Assembly: GCA_963752285.1 (NCBI GenBank)
Contig: CAVVXN010000002.1
Span: 224,001 to 288,000 of the forward strand
Reading direction: 5' to 3'
Source: an uncultured Planctomycetota bacterium
GTDB lineage: Bacteria > Planctomycetota > PLA2 > JAEUHO01
Length of the DNA: 64,000 bases
How positions within the stretch are numbered: the first letter of the stretch is position 1; the number at the start of each line of letters is the position of its first letter. Positions 39,102 through 50,554 of this stretch are shown here, piece after piece. A program made the position numbers and the translations under genes. Below the pieces are notes generated by a model. It searched no databases and was not told the DNA's origin. It was given only the letters and a program-made list of their open reading frames with translations.

Positions 39102-40406
39102 TCAGGGTGCGGTCCCGTCGCGGAGGACGGTGGCGGCGTCGAGGCCCTTCGCCACCGCGGGCAGGATCCCCTGTTCGACGTAGATCGGGCGGACGATCCG
39201 CTGCAGTCGGGGGAGGTAGCGCGAGAACACGAACGCGCCCGCCAGCGTGATGCAGCCGCCGGCGAGGACGGTGGTCGGAGCGCCGATCCACGACGCGACC
39301 GCGCCGGCCAGGAGGCTCCCGAAGGGGAGCATGCCCATGATCGACATGGCGTAGAACGCCATCACGCGGCCGCGCATGTCCTCGCGGACGAGCGTCTGGA
39401 GGATCGTGTTGCTGGCGGCCAGGTGCAGGAGGAATCCGAAGCCGATCGCGACCATCACGACGACCGAGAGCGCGAGCGATCGCGACAGGCCCAGCGCCAC
39501 GAGCCCGAGGCCGAACGTCGCCGCGGCGCGCGGTACCCACCGGCCCAGTCCCACGACCGTCGTGCGCGAGGCGAGGAGGATCGCGCCCGAGAGCGCGCCG
39601 ACGCCCGTCGCGCCCATGAGGAACCCGAGCGTGTGCGCGTCGCCGCCGAGCGTCTTCGCCGCGAGGACGGGGAGGAGCGCGGTGTAGGGCATCCCGGTGA
39701 GGCTCGTGACCGCGAGGAGGATGAGCACGGCCCGGATGGGGGGGAAGCCGAACGCGTAGTGAAAACCGTCGAAGAGGTCGCGGAGCACCTTCTGCTTCGT
39801 CGCGGGGCGCGGTCGGTGCGCGACGCGCATCGCGAGGAGCGAGCCCACGATCGCGAAGTAGGTCGCGCCGTCGAGGAGGAAGCACCACCCCTCACCGACC
39901 CACGCGATCAGGACGCCGGCGATGGACGGACCTACGAGCCGGGCGGCGTTGACCATCGTCGAGTTGAGGGCGATGGCGTTCGAGAGGTCCGCGCGGTCCT
40001 CGATCATCTCCACGAGGAAGGACTGGCGCGCCGGGATGTCGAACGCGTTGATCGCCCCCTGGAGCAGCTGGAGCGCCACGATGTGCCACACCTGGATCCA
40101 GCCGGGGATGGCGAGCGCCGCCAGCGCGAACGACTGCACGCAGGCCAGGACCTGCGTGACCAGGAGGACGCGGTAGCGGTCGAGCCGGTCCACCCAGACG
40201 CCCGCGAACGAGCCGAGCAGGAACGTGCCGATCTGGCCGGAGAACGCGACGAGGCCCAGCAGGGCCGGCGAACGCGTGAGGCGCCACGTGAGCCAGCCGA
40301 CGGCCACGCGCGTGATCCACGTCCCCACGAGCGAGAGGCTCTGACCGCCGAAATAGAGGCGGTAGTTGCGGTGGCCGAGCGCGCGGAGGACCTGGAGGCG
40401 CTTCAC
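39102..40406 (-). CDS. MFS transporter (Transmembrane secretion effector/MFS_3-like)
   Basis: RNYRLYFGGQSLSLVGTW, GVWVDRLDRYR, FDIPARQSF, MRGRVMAFY; about 12 TM helices. Confidence 0.92.
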   Translation of the reverse strand: MKRLQVLRALGHRNYRLYFGGQSLSLVGTWITRVAVGWLTWRLTRSPALLGLVAFSGQIGTFLLGSFAGVWVDRLDRYRVLLVTQVLACVQSFALAALAIPGWIQVWHIVALQLLQGAINAFDIPARQSFLVEMIEDRADLSNAIALNSTMVNAARLVGPSIAGVLIAWVGEGWCFLLDGATYFAIVGSLLAMRVAHRPRPATKQKVLRDLFDGFHYAFGFPPIRAVLILLAVTSLTGMPYTALLPVLAAKTLGGDAHTLGFLMGATGVGALSGAILLASRTTVVGLGRWVPRAAATFGLGLVALGLSRSLALSVVVMVAIGFGFLLHLAASNTILQTLVREDMRGRVMAFYAMSIMGMLPFGSLLAGAVASWIGAPTTVLAGGCITLAGAFVFSRYLPRLQRIVRPIYVEQGILPAVAKGLDAATVLRDGTAP

Positions 40407-40434
40407 GTCGGGGATTCTCGCGCCGCCGGGCTCG

Positions 40435-41994
40435 TCACGACCCGGCGAGGCGCAGGCCTTTCGGCACGAGCAGCCTCCGCAGGCCGCGGAAGGCGAGGTG
40501 GGCGAGGAAGGCCATGGCCATTCCGGGGAGGACGCCCTCCCAGATCCGCGCCATGTCGTAGCGCCGCATCCCCGCCAGGATCGGCTGACCGTAGCCGCCG
40601 GCGCCGATGAACGCGCCGAGCATCGCGAACCCGACGCAGAGGACGGTGGCGGTCTGGATCCCCGCGAGGATCGAGGGCGACGCGAGCGGCAGGTCCACGC
40701 GAAGGAGCCGGGTTCGGGCCGAGAGGCCGAGGGCCTCCGCCGACTCGCGGAGCGGCCCCGGGATGGCGGCCAGGCCCGCGTGCGTGCTCACCACGATCGG
40801 CAGGAGGGAGTAGAGGAAGAGCGCCGCGACCGCGGCCCCGTTCCCGAGGCCGAGCAGGGGGAGGACGAGGAACAGGAGCGCCAGCGCCGGGATCACCTGG
40901 ATCACGCCGACCCCGCCCAGGATCGCGTGGCCCGCACGGGGCCGGGCGGCCGCGAGGACGCCGAGCGGGACCCCGACGACGACGGCCGCGAGCACGGAGA
41001 TCAGCACGAGGAAGAGGTGCTCCCGCGTGCGGAGCCACACCCTCGTCGCGAGGCCCGATCGCGCCGAACCGGTGTCCACCCCGAGCTCGCGCGCGAGGAA
41101 GCCGGACGCCACCTCGGACTCGTCGGCGCCGCTTCGCCCCTCGCCGGGCTTCGCCTCGACGTTCATGCCGATCATCGTCGCGGCGTCGATGCGGCCGGCC
41201 AGGCTCTCGATCGCGCGGACGAGCGCGGGGGCGCGCCGCGGCAGGTCCGCGCGGTACAGGAACACCGCCTCGTAGCGCGGGAACACGCCGAGGTCGTCCT
41301 CCAGCACGACGAGGTCGTGCCACCGGATCTCGGCGTCCGTGGCGTAGAGGTCCGTCGCGTCGATCGTGCCGGCGTCGAGCGCACGGTACGCGAGCGCGTG
41401 CTCGAAGCCCGTGGCCGACGTCGGGAGCCCGTACCGCGCGCGGAGCGCGGGCCAGCCGTCGTTCCGGTCGAGGAACTCGTTCGAGAACCCGAGCCGGAGA
41501 TCGGGGTGGCCGCGAAGGTCGGAGATCCGCGTGGCGTGGAGCGCCTCGGCGCGGGCGCGCTTCATCCCGATCGCGTAGCCGTCCTCGAAGCCGAGGGGCG
41601 CGGACATTCGGAGGCCGCGGCGCGCGAGCGCGGCGCGAAGGGCGGGCCGCCCGTCCAGGTGCTCGGCCGCCAGGAGCTCGCCGGTGAGCGTGCCCGTGTA
41701 CTCGGGATACGCGTCGATGGCTCCCGTCTCGAGCGCCCGGAAGCAGAGCGCGCTCCCCCCGAGGCCTTCCCGGTGCTCTACCCGCGCGCCGTCGGACCGC
41801 GCGAGCTGGGCGGCGATCTCGCCGAGGATCACCGACTCGGTGAAGGCCTTCGACCCCACGACCGCGTCGGACGCGCGACCCGCGCAGGCGGGAACGAGGA
41901 GCAGCGACCCCGCGAGCAGCATCCCCGCGAGCCGCGGGTTCGAGCGCGGTGCGAACCCGAGCCCCGCCGCGAGCGCGCGCGCGGCGCGCCTCAC
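40435..41994 (-). CDS. Osmoprotectant (glycine betaine-type) ABC transporter, fused substrate-binding and permease protein
   Basis: VGSKAFTESVILGE, IDAYPEYTGT, FPRYEAV, then the permease with ESAEALGL and GAGGYGQPI. Confidence 0.9.
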   Translation of the reverse strand: MRRAARALAAGLGFAPRSNPRLAGMLLAGSLLLVPACAGRASDAVVGSKAFTESVILGEIAAQLARSDGARVEHREGLGGSALCFRALETGAIDAYPEYTGTLTGELLAAEHLDGRPALRAALARRGLRMSAPLGFEDGYAIGMKRARAEALHATRISDLRGHPDLRLGFSNEFLDRNDGWPALRARYGLPTSATGFEHALAYRALDAGTIDATDLYATDAEIRWHDLVVLEDDLGVFPRYEAVFLYRADLPRRAPALVRAIESLAGRIDAATMIGMNVEAKPGEGRSGADESEVASGFLARELGVDTGSARSGLATRVWLRTREHLFLVLISVLAAVVVGVPLGVLAAARPRAGHAILGGVGVIQVIPALALLFLVLPLLGLGNGAAVAALFLYSLLPIVVSTHAGLAAIPGPLRESAEALGLSARTRLLRVDLPLASPSILAGIQTATVLCVGFAMLGAFIGAGGYGQPILAGMRRYDMARIWEGVLPGMAMAFLAHLAFRGLRRLLVPKGLRLAGS

Positions 41995-42734
41995 GGGACC
42001 CGCCCTGCGACGGGCCCGTGCTGCGCGTTCACGAAGTCCGTGACGAACGGCTCGGCCGGCCGGTGCAACAGGTCGTCCAACGGGCCCCGCTGCACGACGC
42101 GGCCGTCGCGCATCAGGACGATCTCGTCGGCCAGGAGGCCCGCCTCCGCGAGGTCGTGGGTCACGAGGACCACCGTCTTCCCGAGCCGGCGGAACAGCGC
42201 TTGGAGCTCCGACTGGAGCTCGGCGCGGATCATCACGTCGAGCGCGCCGAGCGGCTCGTCGAGGAGGAGGACGTCCGGGTCGAGCACGAGCGCGCGCATG
42301 AGGCTCACGCGCTGGCGCTCGCCGCCCGACAGCTGGTCCGGGTACCGCGCGAGACGGTCGGCGGGGAGGCGCGCCGTCTCGGCGAGCGCCGCCACGCGCG
42401 CCGCGATCTCGTGCTCGCCGAGGCCCGCCTCGCGCGCGCCGAGGGACACGTTGCCGCGGGCGGTCAGGTGGGGGAACAGCCCGCCCGACTGGATCACGTA
42501 GCCGGTCCGACGCCGGACCGCGCGAACGTCGAGCGTAGAGAGCGGCGCCCCGCCGAACCGGACGGTGCCCTCGTCCGGCGCCGTGAGCCCGAGGAACAGG
42601 CGGAGCGTCGTGGACTTGCCGCAACCGCTCGGCCCGAGGAGCACGGTCACGCGGCCGGCGGCGGCCAGGAGGCTCGCGTCCGCGAGGGCCGTTCGATCGC
42701 CGAAGCGCTTCGTCACGTGGTCGAGGGCGAGCAT
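41991..42734 (-). CDS. Osmoprotectant ABC transporter ATP-binding protein
   Basis: GPSGCGKST, YVIQSGGLFPHLT, LSGGERQR, LLLDEPLGALD, VTHD. Confidence 0.93.
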   Translation of the reverse strand: MLALDHVTKRFGDRTALADASLLAAAGRVTVLLGPSGCGKSTTLRLFLGLTAPDEGTVRFGGAPLSTLDVRAVRRRTGYVIQSGGLFPHLTARGNVSLGAREAGLGEHEIAARVAALAETARLPADRLARYPDQLSGGERQRVSLMRALVLDPDVLLLDEPLGALDVMIRAELQSELQALFRRLGKTVVLVTHDLAEAGLLADEIVLMRDGRVVQRGPLDDLLHRPAEPFVTDFVNAQHGPVAGRVP

Positions 42735-42740
42735 CGCTCC

Positions 42741-43526
42741 TCAGCGTGCGAGGTGCGTGGAGAGGAACGTCGTCACCGCCGCCACGGCCTGCTCGAGGTG
42801 CGGCGTGGGGCCCTCGAACGGGTGGACCGCGCCGAACGTGTGGCCCGCGCCCTCGACGCGGAGGGTGGTCGCGTGCGAGGCCCAGGAGGCGAGTCTCTCC
42901 TGGTGCGAGATCGGGACGCTCCCGTCCGCCGTGCCGTGCACGAGGAGGAGCGGACGGTCCACCGACCGCGCGGCGGCCTCGATCGAGTAGCGCCGCGCGT
43001 CGTCGAACGCGCTCCGGGCGATCGGCATCGTCTGGCCCGTACGTGCGTTCTTCACCGGGTACACGCCCTCGCGGCGGAGCACGGCCTCGAGATCGACCGG
43101 CTCGAGGTCCGTCGTGGACGCGACCGACGCGAGCGTCGCGACGCATCGTACGCGCGGGGTCCGCGCGGCCAGGAGGAGCGCGTCTCCGCCGCCCCGGCTG
43201 TGGCCCACCAGGCCGATCGGGCCGTCGAGTCGGGAGAGGACGGCGTCGAGGTCGTCCTGGTGGCGCGTCCAGGTGTCGAGGCAGAAGAGGTCGAGCCGGT
43301 CGAACCCTCCGCGCGCGCCGCCCGCCTCGCCGACCCCGTTGTGGGAGAAGTCGAGTCGAACGGCCCGCAGTCCCGAGGCGGCGATGCGCTCCGAGATCCA
43401 CGGGAACATGCCCCAGTCCCGGAAGCCCTTGAACCCGTGCAGGACGAGCACGGCGGGCGCGTGCGCGGGGCCCACGACGTCCGCGCGCACCGGGCTTCCG
43501 TCGGAGCCGGGAACCTCTAACCGCAT
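42741..43526 (-). CDS. Alpha/beta hydrolase
   Basis: [16 protein letters not shown] nucleophile elbow, [14 protein letters not shown]. Confidence 0.92.
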   Translation of the reverse strand: MRLEVPGSDGSPVRADVVGPAHAPAVLVLHGFKGFRDWGMFPWISERIAASGLRAVRLDFSHNGVGEAGGARGGFDRLDLFCLDTWTRHQDDLDAVLSRLDGPIGLVGHSRGGGDALLLAARTPRVRCVATLASVASTTDLEPVDLEAVLRREGVYPVKNARTGQTMPIARSAFDDARRYSIEAAARSVDRPLLLVHGTADGSVPISHQERLASWASHATTLRVEGAGHTFGAVHPFEGPTPHLEQAVAAVTTFLSTHLAR

Positions 43527-43606
43527 CGGAGGAGCATACGATAGATTGTCCGACCCCGGGACGCCGGAAGGCTGGCGGCGGGGAGTCACGGGAGGAGACG
43601 AGTCCC

Positions 43607-44656
<1,050 letters not shown>

Positions 44657-44667
44657 AGGGAGCCGGC

Positions 44668-45489
44668 TTGCGGCTCGGTCTCGCCTGGACGTTCGCCCTC
44701 GCCGCGGCGCTCGGGTTGCTCGGCGCGAATCTGGCCGCGGCGCTCCACGCGGCGGTCGCCGTGCCGGGCGGCCTTCGGCCGGCCGCGCGCGCGGCCCGCT
44801 CCGACGACACGGCCCGCGCGGCGCTCGCCCGTGAGCTCGCGTTACGGCTGCTCGGCGGGGAGGCCGGGGCGGACGACGCACCGGGGCCGGAAGTGGCCGC
44901 AGAGCTCACCGTCCTCCTCTCGACGCCGCCCTTCCAGGACTTCCTCGACGCCGCCGCGGAGACCGCGCGGCGGGACCTCGCGGGCTCCCGGCCCGAGGCG
45001 GTCCGGATCGACGCGACGGCGGCCCGGGACGCGCTCCTCGCCGGGGCCCGCGCGGCCGGGCGGGACGCGATCGCGTCGCGGCTCGCCGCGACGCCCACGC
45101 CGGTGACGGTCGTCCTGGCGCACGCGGGGCAGGTACCGGTGCTCGGCTCGTGGACGGGCGCGCTGGGCCTCCTCGCGGCGTTCGGGCTGGGCGCGGGCGT
45201 GCTCCTGGCCCTCGCGGGCGTTCGCCTGGCGCCGGGGGGCGCGGTCCGGCTCGCGCTCGCAGTCGGGGCGCTCGGCCTCCTCCTCGGCGTGGCGCTCGTG
45301 GCGCTCCCGCGCGGGCGGCTCTCGCTCGGCACCGTGCCGGTCGAGGTCACCGACGTCGCGCTCCGCGCGCTCGCGCGACCCGTGGCGGTCCGCAGCGCGG
45401 CCATCGGGGCGGCGGCGCTCCTGCTCCTCCTCTTCCGGCGTCGCGTGGTGACGAAGGAGACGGCCGCTCCGCGGCCGGGTACGACCTGA
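44668..45489 (+). CDS. Hypothetical membrane protein
   Basis: TTG start after GGGAG; one N-terminal and three C-terminal hydrophobic helices; fills the gap between fbaB and the GT2 gene. Confidence 0.6.
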   Translation: MRLGLAWTFALAAALGLLGANLAAALHAAVAVPGGLRPAARAARSDDTARAALARELALRLLGGEAGADDAPGPEVAAELTVLLSTPPFQDFLDAAAETARRDLAGSRPEAVRIDATAARDALLAGARAAGRDAIASRLAATPTPVTVVLAHAGQVPVLGSWTGALGLLAAFGLGAGVLLALAGVRLAPGGAVRLALAVGALGLLLGVALVALPRGRLSLGTVPVEVTDVALRALARPVAVRSAAIGAAALLLLLFRRRVVTKETAAPRPGTT

Positions 45490-45491
45490 GC

Positions 45492-46346
45492 ATGCCCCAC
45501 GCCCGCGTGCACGTCGCGACGTACGAGCAGCTCCCGCACCTGAGGCGGGCGCTCCGTGGATTCCTCCGCCAGACGACCAACGACTTCACGCTGGTGTGCG
45601 CCGACGACGGGTCGGGCGAGGAGACCCGTCGGTTCCTCGATGCGTTCGCAGAGCAAGCGCGCGCGCGGGGCGTCGCCTTCGAGCACTGCTGGCACGAGGA
45701 CCGGGGCTTCCGCCGCGCAGGGATCCTGAACGCGGCCGTACGGGGCGCGACGGACGAGACGCTCTACCTCTTCAGCGACGGGGACTGCATCCCTCCGGCC
45801 ACCTTCGTCGAGCGGCACATCGAGGCGCACGCGCCGCTCTCCTTCCACGTGGGCGGCGCGATCCGCCTGTCGGAGGAGGTCACGGCCGCGCTCACCGTGG
45901 CGGACGTGGACTCGGGACGCTACGAGGCGCTGGCGACGCCGGCCGACCGGAAGGACCTCGCGCGCCGCGCTCGGAAGAGCCGTTGGGGGACGTGGCTCCG
46001 GCGCCGGCACCGGCCGAAGGTCCTCGGCCTGAACGTCGGGTTAGACCGCGCGCTCTTCGAGGACCTGAACGGGTTCGACGAGCGCTTCGAGGGCTACGGC
46101 TACGAGGACTCCGACCTGAGGGACCGCGCGATGCGCCACCGGCCGCGGCCGGTGGTTCGCGTCCTGTACGGGCGAAACGACGTGGTGCACCTGTGGCATC
46201 CGCGCGCGCCCGGAGGCCGGGCGCCGAACCGCGCGCTCTACGACTCGGATCGTCCCGTGCGGTGCGTGCGCGGGCTCGTCCAGGACGTCGCCCCGGACGC
46301 GACCGCGCCCCGGGTCAGCGATCCTCGTCCGCCGCGACCGGCATGA
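45492..46346 (+). CDS. GT2/GT7C glycosyltransferase
   Basis: ADDGS, WHEDRGFRRAGILN, FSDGDCIP, NGFDERFEGYGYEDSDL, HLWH. Confidence 0.9.
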   Translation: MPHARVHVATYEQLPHLRRALRGFLRQTTNDFTLVCADDGSGEETRRFLDAFAEQARARGVAFEHCWHEDRGFRRAGILNAAVRGATDETLYLFSDGDCIPPATFVERHIEAHAPLSFHVGGAIRLSEEVTAALTVADVDSGRYEALATPADRKDLARRARKSRWGTWLRRRHRPKVLGLNVGLDRALFEDLNGFDERFEGYGYEDSDLRDRAMRHRPRPVVRVLYGRNDVVHLWHPRAPGGRAPNRALYDSDRPVRCVRGLVQDVAPDATAPRVSDPRPPRPA

Positions 46347-48342
46347 CCCCGAGGTCCTGCATGCGCACGAGGTCGGCGTACGTGCCGCCCCGCGCGATCA
46401 GCTCCTCGTGCGTGCCGTGCTCGACGATGCGCCCGAGGTCGATCACCACGATCCGGTCGGCGTGTCGGATCGTCGAGAGCCGGTGGGCGACGACGAGCGT
46501 CGTCCGCCCCGCCTGCAGCCGTTCGAGCGCCTCCTGCACGAGCTTCTCGCTCGACGTGTCGAGGTTCGACGTCGCTTCGTCGAGCACCAGGATGTCGGGG
46601 TTCCGCACGAGCGCGCGCGCGATCGTGATCCGCTGCCGCTGACCGCCCGAGAGGCGTACGCCCGACTCGCCGACCTCCTCTTCGTAGCCGGCCGGCAGCG
46701 CCGAGATGAACTCGTGGATCTGCGCCGCGCGGGCCGCGTCGGCCATCTCCTCGGCGGTCGCGTCCGGCTTGCCCTGGCGGAGGTTCTCGCGGATGGTCGT
46801 GTGGAAGAGGAAGGGTGTCTGCGTCACGACCGCCGTCCGGGCGAGGAGCGACTGGCGCTTGAACTCCCGGGCGTCGTGGCCGTCGATCGTGATGCGTCCC
46901 TGGTCGGGGTCGTAGAAGCGGAGGAGGAGGTCGCAGAGCGTGGACTTCCCGCCGCCGGAGGGGCCGACCAGGGCGACGGTCGAGCCCTTCTCGATCTCGA
47001 ACGACACGTCGCGGATCACCGGCTGCCCCGGCACGTACGAGAACGAGACGTTCTCGAAGCGGATCGTCCCCGTGAGCCCGGGGAACGCGATCGCGCCGGG
47101 CCGGTCCGGGCTGCCCGGTGGGAGTGCCAGGTACTCCGTCGTGCGCTCGACGCTCGCCATGCGGTCCTGCAGGCTCGTGAACTGCTTCACGACCCGCTTC
47201 AACGGCTGGTAGAGGTTCCCGACGAGCACGAGGAAGATCATCAGCTCGCCGCGACCCACGGGGAGGAGTCCGCTCAGGAGCAGGAAACCGCCTCCCACCG
47301 CGAGGACCATCGCGAGGAAGTTGTTGATGAAGGCCGTCAGCGCGTCGGCAGCCGAGCGCGAGCGCTGGACCTTCAGCGCGCGGCGGGTCACCTCCTCGTC
47401 CGCCGCGCGGAACTCGCGGACGCGCCGGCCCTCGGTGCCGAATGCCTTGACCGTGCGGATGCCCGAGAAGATCTGCAGCAGCACCTCGACGCGCCGCGCG
47501 CTCTCCTGCTGGCGCCGGTGCGCCCGCTTGAGCGTCCGCCGCATCAGACGAAACATCGGGAGGAAGAACGGGAGGCCGAGGAGACACCCCAGCGTGAGCT
47601 GCCAAGAGAGCATGAAGAGGAACATCAGCGTCGCCGCGACGTTCAGCACGCCCTGGATCACGCCGTCGAGAAGGAGGTTCAACGCGGTGGCGTAGCCCTC
47701 GACGTCGCCGAGAACGCGCTGGACCAGCTCGCCCCGTCGTTGGCTGTCGTAGAATCCCACGGGTTGGTCGAGGAGCTTCGCGCAGAGCGCCTCGCGCACG
47801 TCCATCAGGATGTGCAGGCGCACCTTCTCCGCGACGTAGCTCTCGCCGTAGGAGGCGGCGCACATCACCACGATGAAGAACACGAAGAGGAGGAGGACGG
47901 TCAGGAGCGTCGCGTACTGGTCGAGTCGCTGCGCCCGGATCACCCGCGCCTCCTCCGCGGTCGCGCTCTTCGGGACGGACGCCTCCAACCACGCGGCCGG
48001 GATCAGCGCGCCCGTGAGGGAGTTCGCGAAGTCGGTGAACCGCTCGAGGCCGCCGGCCAGCGAGCCCGCGCGTCGCCGGAACTCGTTGACGTACCGCCCG
48101 GCCTCGTCCGTCCCGCCCGGGGCGGGGGGCTCCTCGGCCGGGGCGGTGGGCTCTTCGGGCGCCCCGACGGAGCCCGGGAGGAACACCCGGGTGACGATCG
48201 GGTAGAGGAGAAGGAAGCGGCCCGTGTTCGCGCCGGCCTGGAACGCCATGAGGGCGACGGAGAGGGCGATGCCGGTCCAGTGGGGGCGCGCGAAGGCGAG
48301 GGCCGGGAGGAGGCCCTTCACGGTCCTCACCCCCGGCGCCAT
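46315..48342 (-). CDS. MsbA-like ABC exporter (TMD+NBD)
   Basis: TM domain with a periplasmic insertion; GPSGGGKST, RFYDP, LSGGQRQR, LDEATSNLD, VAHRLSTI. Confidence 0.92.
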   Translation of the reverse strand: MAPGVRTVKGLLPALAFARPHWTGIALSVALMAFQAGANTGRFLLLYPIVTRVFLPGSVGAPEEPTAPAEEPPAPGGTDEAGRYVNEFRRRAGSLAGGLERFTDFANSLTGALIPAAWLEASVPKSATAEEARVIRAQRLDQYATLLTVLLLFVFFIVVMCAASYGESYVAEKVRLHILMDVREALCAKLLDQPVGFYDSQRRGELVQRVLGDVEGYATALNLLLDGVIQGVLNVAATLMFLFMLSWQLTLGCLLGLPFFLPMFRLMRRTLKRAHRRQQESARRVEVLLQIFSGIRTVKAFGTEGRRVREFRAADEEVTRRALKVQRSRSAADALTAFINNFLAMVLAVGGGFLLLSGLLPVGRGELMIFLVLVGNLYQPLKRVVKQFTSLQDRMASVERTTEYLALPPGSPDRPGAIAFPGLTGTIRFENVSFSYVPGQPVIRDVSFEIEKGSTVALVGPSGGGKSTLCDLLLRFYDPDQGRITIDGHDAREFKRQSLLARTAVVTQTPFLFHTTIRENLRQGKPDATAEEMADAARAAQIHEFISALPAGYEEEVGESGVRLSGGQRQRITIARALVRNPDILVLDEATSNLDTSSEKLVQEALERLQAGRTTLVVAHRLSTIRHADRIVVIDLGRIVEHGTHEELIARGGTYADLVRMQDLGVMPVAADEDR

Positions 48343-48523
48343 CTTGCCTTCCCGAGGGTCTCTGCCTCCCACGAAGCCTCCGTCCGGCCCGGGCCTGCCC
48401 GCCGGCGCATGAGTGTAGGCAAGACGCCCGGGATCCCCCCCTTTGGACCCTCGCGTCGAGTTGATTCCGGGCCGATTCGGGGGTATCCCTCGGCCTCTTT
48501 GCCCCCCGCATGCGGAGGAGTCC

Positions 48524-50554
48524 ATGTCGCATCGTTCCGAGGATGTTCGCACCGCCGCGTTCGTCGGCGCGGGGGGCTCCGGGAAGACGACTCTGGTCGA
48601 GGCGCTGCTCTCCGAGACGAACGCGACGAGCCGACGCGGCACGATCGCCGAGCGGAACACGGTCTCCGACTGGGACGAGGACGAGAAGGAGCGCCAGCAG
48701 AGCATCCTCGCGTCCGCCGTGCACCTCGCCTGGGAGGGGAAGCGGATCCACCTGATCGACACGCCGGGGGCCCTGGACTTCGTGGGCGAGCCCGTCACGG
48801 CGCTGGCCGCGGTCGAGACCGCGATCTTCTGCGTGCACGCGCACGACGGGGTCGGCGTGACGACCCGCCGCATCTACAAGACCGCCCGGCGCGCCGGCAT
48901 CCCCTGCTGTGTCCTCGTGACCCGGATCGAGTCCGAGAACGTGGACGGGGCCGCGATCCTCGACGAGATCCAGGCGGCCTTCGGGGAGGCGGCCGTGCCG
49001 CTGAACCTGCCCGACACGTTCGGCAGCGACGTCTCGCAGGTCGTGGACGTCTTCTCGCCGGACGTGCCGGCGCACCTCGAGGCGACGGCCGCTCGGTACC
49101 GCCAGCAGGCGACCGACCGGGTCGTCGAGGTCGACGAGGCGCTGCTCGAGAAGTACCTGGAGGAGGGGCGGATCGAGCCCGCGGAGCTCGAGGCGGCGTT
49201 CCCGCGCGCGCTCCGGGCGGGCAACATCGTGCCGGTGCTCCACGTCTCCGCCGAGAAGGGCGTGGGCATGCGCAAGCTCTTGACCTTCCTCGTCCACGAC
49301 GCGCCGCGGCCCGTGCCCACCGTGCTCAGGCCCGCGAAGAACGCAGAGGGCGAGCCGGTCGCTCTCGACGCCGCCGGTCCGTTCTCGGCGCAGGTGTGGA
49401 AGATCCAGGTGGACCCGCACGTCGGCAAGGTCGCCTTTCTTCGCGTCTGGACCGGCTCCGTCGCGAGCAAGACGGGGTTCACGGTCGCGCGGACGGGTCG
49501 TCACGAGCGCATCGGCGACCTCCTCGAGATCCAGGGGAAGGAGATGAAGCCCGTCGCGGAGGCCGTGGCCGGCGACCTCGTGGCCGTCGCGAAGATCGAC
49601 GACATCCGCATCGGCGACACGGTGCGCGACGAGGCGGCCGACTGGACGTTCGACCCGATCGCCACCCCGTACCCGAAGGTCACGGTGGCCGTCGAACCGA
49701 AGAACCGCGCCGACGAGGCGAAGGTGGGGCCCGAGCTCCACAAGCTCGCCGACGCGGACCCCACGTTCGTCTTCGAGCGCGAGGAGGGCACGGGCGAGCT
49801 CGTGGTTCGCGGGATGAGCAGCCTTCACGTGGACGTGGTCCTGCGTCGCCTCGCCCGCCGCAAGGTCGAGGTGACGACGCACGCCCCGCGCGTCCCGTAC
49901 CGCGAGACCATCGGGTCGCGCGGCGAGGCGCAGTACCGCCACAAGAAGCAGACCGGCGGTCGCGGACAGTTCGCCGAGGTCCACCTCCGCGTCGCCCCCC
50001 TGCCGCGCGGTGGCGACTTCGAGTTCGTGGACGAGGTCGTCGGCGGATCGATCCCGCGGCAGTACATCCCGGCCGTCGAGAAGGGTGTGCGCGAGACCCT
50101 TCCGCGGGGCGTGGTCGCGGGCTACCCGTTCACCGACGTGCAGGTAACCGTCTTCTTCGGCAAGGCGCACGACGTGGACAGCGACGAGTTCTCGTTCAAG
50201 CTCGCCGCGAGCCAGGCGTTCAAGCAGGCGGTCCTGGACGCGAACCCCGTCCTCCTCGAGCCGATCCTCGACGTGGAGATCGAGGTGCCCTCGCGGTTCA
50301 TGGGTGACATCTCGGGCGACCTGAACAGCCGGCGCGGACGCATCCTGGGGATGAACCAGGAGGGGGACATGGCCATCATCCACGCGCACGTCCCCCTGGC
50401 GGAGATGCTCCAGTACAGCACCGAGCTCCGGAGCATCACCGCCGGCGAGGGCGACTACACGTTCCACTTCGCGGACTACGAGCAGGTGCCGCCGCACATC
50501 GCCGAGCAGGTGGTGCAGCGCTCGAAGCGCGAGCTCGCCGAGGAGCGCGCTTGA
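48524..50554 (+). CDS. fusA: Elongation factor G paralog (EF-G2 type)
   Basis: GAGGSGKTT, DTPGALDF, PRVPYRETI, HKKQTGGRGQF, VVGGSIPRQYIPAVEKG, GDLNSRRG; divergent G motifs. Confidence 0.92.
   Translation: MSHRSEDVRTAAFVGAGGSGKTTLVEALLSETNATSRRGTIAERNTVSDWDEDEKERQQSILASAVHLAWEGKRIHLIDTPGALDFVGEPVTALAAVETAIFCVHAHDGVGVTTRRIYKTARRAGIPCCVLVTRIESENVDGAAILDEIQAAFGEAAVPLNLPDTFGSDVSQVVDVFSPDVPAHLEATAARYRQQATDRVVEVDEALLEKYLEEGRIEPAELEAAFPRALRAGNIVPVLHVSAEKGVGMRKLLTFLVHDAPRPVPTVLRPAKNAEGEPVALDAAGPFSAQVWKIQVDPHVGKVAFLRVWTGSVASKTGFTVARTGRHERIGDLLEIQGKEMKPVAEAVAGDLVAVAKIDDIRIGDTVRDEAADWTFDPIATPYPKVTVAVEPKNRADEAKVGPELHKLADADPTFVFEREEGTGELVVRGMSSLHVDVVLRRLARRKVEVTTHAPRVPYRETIGSRGEAQYRHKKQTGGRGQFAEVHLRVAPLPRGGDFEFVDEVVGGSIPRQYIPAVEKGVRETLPRGVVAGYPFTDVQVTVFFGKAHDVDSDEFSFKLAASQAFKQAVLDANPVLLEPILDVEIEVPSRFMGDISGDLNSRRGRILGMNQEGDMAIIHAHVPLAEMLQYSTELRSITAGEGDYTFHFADYEQVPPHIAEQVVQRSKRELAEERA

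Noticed and set aside
40435..41994. Substrate-binding/permease fusion as a novelty
   Set aside because: This is a well-known architecture for osmoprotectant ABC transporters.
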